Positions 1 to 8,963 of a stretch of 64,000 nt of DNA are shown here, in pieces. The position numbers and the translations under genes are program-made. Under the pieces are notes generated by a model. That model saw only the letters and a list, made by a program, of their open reading frames with translations. It was not told the origin of the DNA and did no database searches. Positions within the stretch are counted from its first letter, which is position 1. Each line of letters begins with the position of its first letter. Source of the DNA: Centroscyllium fabricii (lineage: Eukaryota); NCBI GenBank assembly GCA_051313645.2, contig JBNRSN020000075.1, positions 744,001 to 808,000 on the forward strand, written 5' to 3'.

Positions 1-863
1 TTTTTCGACGGCAATTTCCTGTTGGAAATGCCGGGTTTTTTTCCTGCGTAGTGCTCTTTTTTTTGGGTGCGTGGTGCTTTGTGCGGAGGCTGTGTGCAGG
101 ATACGCCCCCGGAGGTCGGCTTTTTGAGACCAGCCCCCACAGAACGCACAGAATCGAGCAGGAATCAGAGTTTTTTTCCCGTTTTTTTTTCAATTTACAA
201 AAATTTAAAAAAACACAACTGAACGTCCACACACACATCACCAAAGGAATGAAAAACAAACTTACATTTTAAAGCTTTTAAGAAAAGCCACCAGAACTGC
301 TCAAAACACGTTGAAACCCTGTTTTTTTCCCGTTTTTTTTTCAATTTACAAAAAAAAACACAGCTGAAAGTCCACACACACATCACCAAAGGAATGAAAA
401 ACACTTACATTTTAAAGCTTTTAAGAGAAGCCACCAGAACTGCTGAAAACCCATTGAAACCCCGTTTTTTTCCCGTTTTTTTTTCAATTTAACAAAAATT
501 AAAAAAAGCACTTCCATTTAAAAGCTGAAAGTCCACACACCACCAAAGGAATGAAAAAAAAACTTACATTTTAAAGCTTTTAAGGTGTTTCTCCACTTCT
601 GCACGCTGCTGCAGCACCTCTAAGACTGCTTTCTACATGTGCAGCTCAAGAGAGACTTGCCCACGTGATACACACGCATTTTGAGCAGCTGACTACAGGA
701 AATCTGCAGCTCAAAGTCTTCCTGGGTAGGAAGCTGAAGCCCCTTGCCCATCAGCACAGGAAATTCACGTTTCTGGTAATCACCCAAGCTGCACCCCCAC
801 GAGGCATTTCTGACCCCCCTTTGTGGGGGTGCAGCTCTTCTGGAGCACAGGAAAACAGGGCCC
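1..863. mobile_element. Terminal part of a PIF/Harbinger-like DNA element (runs off the window start) that truncates the CR1 RT
   Basis: CR1 RT homology on the minus strand ends abruptly at 864 (..KAREYT|MGP). The new sequence ends GGAAAACAGGGCCC, resembling the GGG(G/C)..TTT termini of other Harbinger-like elements here. The flank is ATT. The other end is not visible. Confidence 0.5.
170..585. repeat. Tandem repeat, about 3 copies of a 143-151 bp unit
   Basis: The unit GTTTTTTTCCCGTTTTTTTTCAATTT...CACCAAAGGAATGAAAAA..ACTTACATTTTAAAGCTTTTAAG starts at about 170, 321 and 464. Confidence 0.9.
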
Positions 864-2320
864 ATTGTGTATTCCCTTGCTTTGTTGGTGCTCCCAAAAT
901 GCATCACCTCCCACTTTTCATGATTAAATTCAATCTGCCACTGTAATGCCCATCTGACCAAACCATCTATATCGTCCTGCAGACTTAGGCTTCCCTCCTC
1001 GCTATTTACCACTCCACCAATTTTTGTGTCGCCTGCGAACTTACTAATCATACCTTTTACATTCATATCTAAATCATTAATGCAGACTACAAACAGCAAG
1101 GGACCCAGCACCGATCCCTGCAGCATCCCACTGAACACAAGCTTCCAGTCAGAAAAACAACCTTCTACCATCACCCTCTGCCTCCTGCCACAAAGCCAGT
1201 TTTGGATCCAATATGCCAAGGTGCCCTGGATCCCATGGGCTTTTACCTTCTTGACCAGTCTCCTATGCGGGACTTTATCAAAAGCTTTACTGAAATCCAT
1301 GTATACCACATCCATTGCACTACCGTCATCCACACACCTAGTCAACCCTCGAAAACTTCAATCAAATTGGTCAGACATGATCGTCCCTCGACAAAGCCAT
1401 GCTGACTATCCTTTATTAATCCTCGCCTCTCCAAGTGGAGACTAATTCTGTCCCTCAGAATTTTTTCCAATAATTTCCCTACCACTGATGTTAGGCTCAC
1501 TGGCCTACAGTTCCCCGGTTTATCCATGCTACCCTTTTTGAATAATGGTACTACGTTAGCTGTTCTCCAGTCCTCCGGTACATCCCTTGTGGCCAGAGAG
1601 GTTCTGAAAATTTGTGTCAGAGCCCCTGCAATCTCCTCCTTTGCCTCACACAGTAGCCTGGGATACATTTCGTCTAGGCCTGGGAATTTATCCACTTTTA
1701 AGCCTGCTAAAACCGCTAGTACCTCCTTCCTTTCAATACTAATTTGTTCAAGTAAATCACAGTCCCTCTGCCTGATTTCTATGTTTACATTGTCCTTCTT
1801 CATTGTGAACACAGATGCAAAATATTAATTTAAAACCCCTACGTCCTCTGGCTCTACACACAGATTGCCACTTTGGTCCCTAATGGGCCCTACTCTTTCC
1901 GTGGCTATCCTCTTGCCCTTAATATACTTATAAAACACCTTAGGATTTTCCTTTAGTTTGCTCGCCAGTGTTATTTCATGGCCCCTTCTCGCTCTCCTTA
2001 TTTCTTTTTTAAGTACCCCCCTGCACTTTTTATACTCCTCTAGGGCTTCCTCCGTCTTTAGTCCTTTGTATCAGCCACAAGCCCCCCTTTTTTTCTTAAT
2101 CCATTCTCGTATATCACTTGACATCCAGGATTCTCTGGGCTTGTTGGTCCCACCCTTGACCTTTACGGGAACATGTTGCCTTTGTACTCTCTCAATTTCC
2201 TTTCTGAAAGTCTCCCACTGCTCTGATGTGGAGTTTCCTACAAGTAGCTGATCCCAGTCCACTTTGGCCAGATCCTGCCTTAGCATATTAAAATTGGCCA
2301 TCCCCCAATTTAGAACCTTT

Positions 2321-3116
2321 GGGGGGGAATTTCATGTCCCCGTGAGGCGGGGTTTTCGGTGGCTCGGCCGGCAAAATAGTGCAACCAGTTGGTCACGCCC
2401 CCCCCCCACCCCCGCCAGATCCCCGCCACTTTATCATTTTCCATCGCCCTGATTCCCCACCCCGAAACCTTCCCACCGCCGGCCGGCGGGGATGGGTTGT
2501 CAACTCGTTAAGAGCCCTTAATTAGAATGTTTAATGCCATTTTAAGGGCCCTCAGCCATTTTGAGCTGTTTCTCACCACAACCCCGTCACTTTAAACCCC
2601 GCTGGGTGAAATCCAGCGGGAGCACAATGCTAGTCATTACTTTCTCCTTCAAGGTGTGAAGGACATGCTGTCAAATGCTTGGCATGCCTCCAGCACCTTA
2701 GAGCAGTAAGTTACTCCATGGTGGCTGCACCAGCTGTGGGCAAAAACTGAGAAATCTCAGCTTTGCACATTTGCTCACAGCTGGCGCTGAGCTGTCAAGG
2801 ATTCGGAGCCCGCCCGCCCACCTGTCAGTCACCAGCACTTGACCTTTCCCATTGGTTCTACTCGACTGTGATGTCGCAGTGGAGTGTTTCCATGGGAACT
2901 GTCAACAACCAGTGCTGGAACTGTCAATCAAGCTGCTCGTAGCCCCGCTGCAGCCTCGACTCAATTGATTCAATTAACAGCCGCTGCCGCCGGCGGGGAT
3001 TTAACAACTCAATTAAATTAAAATTGCGTGGGCTTCCCAGGTGTTTGGGCGGGCGGAACAGGGACCCGCCCAGACCAATGCCCACCAGGTTCCCGCACTT
3101 CCGGCAATGTCCCCCC
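2321..3116. mobile_element. Non-autonomous Harbinger-like element (about 0.8 kb) inserted in CR1
   Basis: Termini are GGGGGGGAATTT and AATGTCCCCCC, with GGCGGG/CCCGCC subterminal motifs. Removing it rejoins the CR1 peptide GPEIK-VLNWG. The TSD is irregular (CCTTT appears on both sides). Confidence 0.75.
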
Positions 3117-3461
3117 ATCCCTTTATTTCTGGTCCATCTTTGTCCTTTTCCATGACTACCTTAAATCTCACCGAATTATGGTCACTGTCACCAAAGTGCT
3201 CTCCTACTAACACTTTTACCACTTGCCCGGCCACATTCCCTAGAATTAGGTTGAGTACCACCCCCTCCCTTGTAGGACTTTCTACATGCTGGCTCAAAAA
3301 GCTCTCTTGGATGCACTTTAAGAATTTCGCACCCTCTAAACCTTTCACACTCTGACTATCCCAGTTAATATTGGGAAGTTGAGATCTCCTACTATTATGA
3401 CCCTATTGTTTACACACTTTTCTGAGATTTGTCTACATATCTGTTCCTCTACCTCCCCCTG

Positions 3462-5113
3462 TGTAATGGATGTAGGTTGTACCCAAATGCAATACACCGA
3501 AACTGTAACGTTTGGGTGGTGGGGCCCAAATGCACGACAATGAGAAAACAGTCTAAAACTCAGATTCCTTTATTTCATAAAATGTAACAAAACATACAAG
3601 CATACATTCAAAATGTTACAATACATAAATAGTTAGAAACCGAAAACAAGTTCTCTTCCGAACTGGTACAAGCTTAATACAGAAACTGAACCCTCGGGAC
3701 ACTCAGAAAAGAGCATCCTAATCAGAAAGGGCCTCCTATGTAGTAGTAATGAAAAGTCCAATACTGAGTACAGGTGATTGCAAACAATGTCCAACTGTAC
3801 CCCCAGGACACTCGGCCAAGAGCATCCCTGGATATAGTTTTCCTCTGTGAAGTTGGAAACAAGCCTTATTTCAAACTCCCAGGACACTCGGCAAAGAGCA
3901 TCCTACTTACAGAAAAGACCTCATTGCAGTAGAAATGAAATGTCCAATATCTGAGTTCCGGTAATAGAAAGCAATGTCCAGAATAAGAAATGGAACTCTC
4001 CCAGAGTCCGCCCTACAGCAGGGACTCACTCTACCAGAGTTTTCAGAAGGAGAAATCCATTATTCACTAGCAGGGAAAAGCCCTACCAACACAGCCTCCA
4101 TCGGATACTCCAGAGTTCAGATCATAACGAGCAATGTCCATAATGTATAAATGGAATGTCCAAACCTGAGTTCAGGTGAATGAGAACAGTGTCCAGAATG
4201 TAGAATTTAGGAATCTTCCAGAGTCCGCCCTTCAGCAGGGACTCACTCTACCAGAGTCTTCAGAAGGAGAAATCCATATCCACCAGCTCACTGCCTCCCA
4301 CGGAGCTAGAACAACACCTCTGTGTGTCCTAATACTGCAACGTTGTTACAAGCTACTTGGTAGTATAAAGTAGTAATGATCCGGCAACTCCCTGATCTAA
4401 GCACCCAGCTTATAAGCCGAGCAAGCAAACAAGATACATTAGTGCTAACCAATAAGATGCAGGTATAGAGAACGAGGAACACACAGGTATGTGAGGTTCA
4501 ACAGGCTAACAAGATACCAAACAGAGAACAAAAACATAGAAATCAAAATGGATTCCTTAAAGGGGAATTCCCATCTGTGACAGAAACAGCAGATGTAGAA
4601 GTAAACTACTTTATTTATGAGCAGTAGAAGACACTGGTAACAGCAGAAAGTTCACGGAGGCAACAAGTCCAAAACAGAGGTCAGGCAGAAGAGAATCCAA
4701 ATACCAAAAACAGATCAATACCGGGTAGTCAGTCCACGAAAGCGACAAATCCAAACGGGGTCAGGCAGAAGAGAATCCAAATTCCAAAACCAGATCAATA
4801 CCGGGTAGTCAGTCCACGAAAGCGACAAATCCAAACGGGGTCAGGCAGAAGAGAGTCCACGGTCCAGAAAGCAGGTCAGTATCTCGAACAGGCAGGATCA
4901 GAGAGCTAAGAACAAACACAGGTTACCTCAGTCAGAACGCACAAACGATCTGGCAACCACTGGGTAGAAAACAGGGGTTTAAATACAGCTCCTGATTGTC
5001 ACTGGTGACTCTGGGCTGTTAAATCAGGTGCGAGCAGTAGAGCTAACGAGGTAGTTGCCAAGCAGAGCTAATAAGGTAGTTGCCAGTTAAAGAGGAAGAG
5101 CCAACCTATGACA
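3462..5113 (-). mobile_element. Solo LTR of a sushi-type chromovirus (about 570 bp net), interrupted by a second solo LTR
   Basis: Minus strand reads TGTCATAGGTTGG...CATCCATTACA, matching the termini of the LTR at 48158-48737. 5-bp TSD CCCTG at 3457-3461 and 5114-5118. 80-bp internal repeats start at 4681, 4761 and 4841. Confidence 0.9.
3504..4582 (-). mobile_element. Solo LTR (1079 bp) nested in the U5 of the outer solo LTR
   Basis: TG...CA termini and TSD GAAAC at 3499-3503 and 4583-4587. Minus-strand TATA near 4410 is followed by GCCGGATCATT, similar to the sushi self-primer, and AATAAA lies near 3570. Internal degenerate repeats. Confidence 0.85.
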
Positions 5114-5639
5114 CCCTGACTGTTTGGGGGCCTACAGTATACTCCCAGCAAAGTGCTTGTCCCCTTTTTGTTTTTAAGTTCTACCCATATGACTTCATTT
5201 GAGGAACCTGTTAATATATCATCCCTTTTTACAACAATAATTGACTCCTTTATTAATATTGCAATGCCCTCTCCTCTTTTACCACCCCCCCCTTCTGTCT
5301 CGCCTGAAGATTCTATACCCTGTAATATTGAGCTGCCAGTCCTGCCCCTCCCCCAACCATGTCTCTGTGATAGCAACAATGCCACTTGGGTGTTTTCATA
5401 AATGGTTGTGTTAAGATTCCGTTATTGTGATGTCACAGATAAAAATATTTATTTTCACCACATGGCTTAATTTTTGTGCAGCTTTGGAAGTGGCTTAGTG
5501 AGTTGGAATGAATGGTGAGACATAATGTTACCTCCAGCAATGGTGGTCAGTGTGAAAGGAATGGCTGGTCATTGCAGGGATGCTTTATGGTGTTGCTGTT
5601 GGGTGGTGCCAACCTGGAGCAGCATGTGGCAGCCATATG

Positions 5640-6285
5640 GGTGTACTGCGTGAAGTTCCGAAAATCTGGCCATGATTAAGCCATCCCTGGCCTCTCGGAC
5701 AGCAATGTGCTCATGTGCTAGTGAGAGCTGGACCGCAGGTTCCTCGTGCTCCTCCTCCTTGTCTTCCAGCTGATGCTCCTCCTCTTCCTCCTAAGAGGCT
5801 GTGCACTCAGTGCCTTGATCCTCATACAGCGCTAATCCTCGCTGCTGTGCTATGTTGTGCAGGGTGCAGCAGACCACGATGATTCTGGAGACCCTGGCTG
5901 ATGCGTACTGAAGGGCTCCTCCAGCTCTGTCAAGGCATCTGAAGTACATTTTCAGCATGCCTATTGTCTGGTCTATGATACATCTGGTGGAAATGTGGCT
6001 TTCATTATATCTCTCCTCGACCTCAGTACTTGGTCTCCTCAAGGGTGGGAGATTTTTTGTACTTTTCATGCTGTGCACAATGAGCTGGATCAATGGCCAC
6101 TCAACTTTCACCTCAGGTTCACAGATATGGTTCCCGAGCTTCCAGGGAAATTTGAAAGGTAGGCTTAAAAAGAGGTTTAAGGGTCTGACAAGTACCTCAT
6201 AATGATCTAAATTACTTTGGCCGCCTCTGCCACTTGGGATGCTGCCATGCTGGAAAACGCGCCTGAGAGAAAGGCGCACGGGGGT
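5640..6285 (-). pseudogene. Harbinger (HARBI1-like DDE) transposase remnant, internally deleted
   Basis: Peptide LRRPSTEVEERYNESHISTRCIIDQTIGMLKMYFRCLDRAGGALQYASARVSRIIVVCCTLHNIAQQRG is the typical Harbinger transposase C-terminus, followed by an acidic stretch. Confidence 0.8.
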
Positions 6286-6289
6286 GGGA

Positions 6290-6688
6290 TGAAGGGTGAT
6301 CTTATTAAAACATATAAGATACTGAGGGGGCTCGACAAGGTAGCTGCAGAGAGGATGTTTCCGCTTGTGGGAAAATCTAGAACTCGGGGGCACAGTTTCA
6401 GAATAAAGGAATGCCCTTTTAGAACTGAGATGAGGAAAAATGTCTTCTCTCAGAGGGTTGTAAATCTGTGGAATTCTCTGCCCCAGAGACCTGTGGAGGC
6501 TGGGTCATTAAACACATGTAAAGGTGGAGATAGACAGATGTTTGCAAGATAAGGAAGTCAAGGGTCATGGGGAGCGGGCAGGGAAGTGGCTTTGAGCCAA
6601 AGATCAGCCTTGATCTTATTGAATGGCGGACCAGCCTCGAGGAGCCAAGTGGCCTCTTCCTGTTCCTATTTCTTATGTTCTTATGTTG
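6290..6688 (+). mobile_element. 5'-truncated CR1 LINE 3' end
   Basis: GDLIKTYKIL..RTRGHS..FSQRVVNLWNSLP, followed by the CR1 3' UTR (AATGGCGGA..GGCC..CCTGTTCCTATTTCTTATGTTCTTATG). Confidence 0.9.
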
Positions 6689-7900
6689 TTAAGACGGCAG
6701 GTTCCCAACCCGTTCCAAGGTTTTACAAATTTCCCTCCTGACCCGCCTCCAATCGCACCTGCACAGACCCCAGAAAGTTTCGGCCAATCTGTCAGTGTGG
6801 TTTTCTGTTAAAGATGGATTCAAGTCCATGAACCCCACTCTAACATCTAATGTGGGAGGTGTGAAAGTCATTAATAATTTTTACGAGGAGAAAGGAGTTT
6901 GAAGAGCGTCGATTAGAAAGATGGGTAGAGCAGAAAATAACTGTGAGGAGATAGACACACTGGATAGCCAATTATTTTGAACAGAACTGAAAATATTTGC
7001 CATTTACACAGTAACAGTTTGAAAGAAAATAGAAAAATTCTATGGTAGTTTCTAAGGAAACAGATTTTCCCAAAAGATAATTGGAAATGCCAGGGTGAAT
7101 GCCACGGCTGGATTACCCTTAAAGCCAAGTAAGAGCAGTAATTATTTGAATTGTGTGTTAAAATAAAGCCCTGGTTTCATGTCCGAGTGTATATAAAACT
7201 CCTAGCAGCAGCATGCGGAGAAACGTAATGAACTAGCATCGCAGGATGTATTTTTTAAAAAGGGTTGGCAGAGCATTGTCGTGACACAGAAGAGAGTAAA
7301 GCAGAGTGTTAGAATGACTGAACAGCCGAGGTTGCCAAAGCAACAACCCATGCCCCTCAATCAGGAGAATGAAGTGGCACATTGAACAATATTGGAATAC
7401 CTTAACCTCCAGCCATACACATAGGAGAAATGCAGAGAGTTGTTAAACCATGGAGTGTTTTTTCATGGGGAATGGTTGAGGCAGAGACCATTGAATCGTT
7501 TCAGGGAAAATTGGCTATGTATTCCTTCTGTTTGTACTCAGGCTGAGTATTTTTTTCTTTAAAATTATCCACTGCAGGAAATTCATCCCCTAACAGTTGG
7601 TGATTATGAAGTCATCGCTGAATGTTACCTTTGTTGTTAATCACTGAAAATCTAATTGAATTTCAACCTTTTAATTCAAAAAAACCCACATGGATGAAAC
7701 ATTTTGTTTGAACAGCAAAAAAATGTAGCTATCAAGGAGAGTTGTCGATGCGAGTTTGTGCTGGGGAAGAAGAGTAAAGCAGAGAAAAAAAGTAATTTTA
7801 AAGTTATAGCAAAGCATGGTAGATAGCACAGCCTTACCAGTAAAGTCAGCCTAAAAATGGAAGAAATTTAAATTAAATCTCTACTTTTGGAGGAAACTAA

Positions 7901-8518
7901 GAGGTGGATTTTCATCTTCGCCGCTTCGGAGGTAATCTTTTGATGTGGGTCTTCTGACCCTTACAGAAACAAAGTGATCTTCATTCGATTGAAATCAGTG
8001 GAATGAAAATCGGGTGGATTATATAAAGGGTGGGTGATCTGCTCCACAGTGCAATTGGGAGCCTGGTTTAAATTTTACAGTTGCTGTGCGGTTTTCCCAG
8101 GAGTCGGGAAACCCGGCAGTGAAAGGGAGGTGGGAGCTGCCGGCTCCACAAGGTAAGTGCCTTTTACAGCAATACTTGTGGATCAGGAGTGCTTCCCCCA
8201 GCCCCTCAAGGAAGCCTTTGGCCTCCCCCCTACCAATCGTGGCCTTGCTCCTCCCCCTGCTAGGATCGCCGGCCTCCCCCCAAGCCTCGAATGGTGACTT
8301 TGCCCCCATCCCGATTGCCAGGGGCCACCCCCAAGGGTCCCCGGCTGCAGCCTCCTGCCGCTGTTTTTTCTGCCCGTCAATTAAGCCAGCTGCCGGGCGG
8401 GAATGAGACGAAATCAATGCTAACGAGGTCCTGCCATTTAATTCAGTCTTGCTGGGCTTTTCGCACGCTATTGTGCTTCCCTGCGTCCTCTTTGCCTCGC
8501 TGTAAACATCGGGGTCCC
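7901..8518. mobile_element. Non-autonomous Harbinger-like element (about 0.6 kb)
   Basis: Its internal sequence is homologous to 15634-15800 and 27040-27260. It ends GTAAACATCGGGGTCCC. The TIRs are degenerate. Confidence 0.6.
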
Positions 8519-8796
8519 TTATCTCTAACAATGCTTTCATATACTCCTCATTCTACACCTACATTCTCACTTCTACCACACTCCTGAACTGCTAGCCTTA
8601 CCTCAATCACTCTATTTTCTTACAAAACAAATTGGCACACAATACCTGTGTGGTAACCCTTTTATGTAGTTGTTTTACCACTGTATTATTGTGCCAATAA
8701 TGGGCTGTGCAGATGTAAGGCACAGCCCTGTAACCTGTGTAATACTGTTGGGAGCCAGGCCAGCCACACCTCTAACTCCTCCCCCAGGTGAGGCCC

Positions 8797-8954
8797 TTTA
8801 TAGGTGGAAACTGACCGAGGCTCCTCATTCCTGTACAGAAGTTCGTTCCGGAGGGTAGCTCCAATCTTAGCGATTAAAAGCCTTTAGTTACGGTAACTAC
8901 TCGTCGACTCTTTTAATCTGAGATATTGACGATACGTCAATTTTAATCGCTAAG
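8797..8954 (+). promoter_or_regulatory. A1 LTR core promoter, poly(A) signal and self-complementary PBS-position sequence
   Basis: TTTATAG at 8797, Inr-like TCATTC at 8825 and ATTAAA at 8873. Positions 8941-8954 are the exact reverse complement of 8866-8879. Confidence 0.75.
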
Positions 8955-8963
8955 TATTTTAAA

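Larger units (their letters stand above)
864..5385 (-). mobile_element. Degenerate CR1 LINE ORF2 (endonuclease to RT), split by a MITE and nested solo LTRs
   Basis: Collinear CR1 ORF2 peptides: 5119-5385 (IWVELKNKKG..GVYCRPPNS), 3117-3461 (GDSDHNSVRF) and 864-2320 (PEDWRTANVVPLFKKG, DFSKAFDKVPH, QGSVLGPLLF, KFAGDTK), with frameshifts. Confidence 0.93.
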
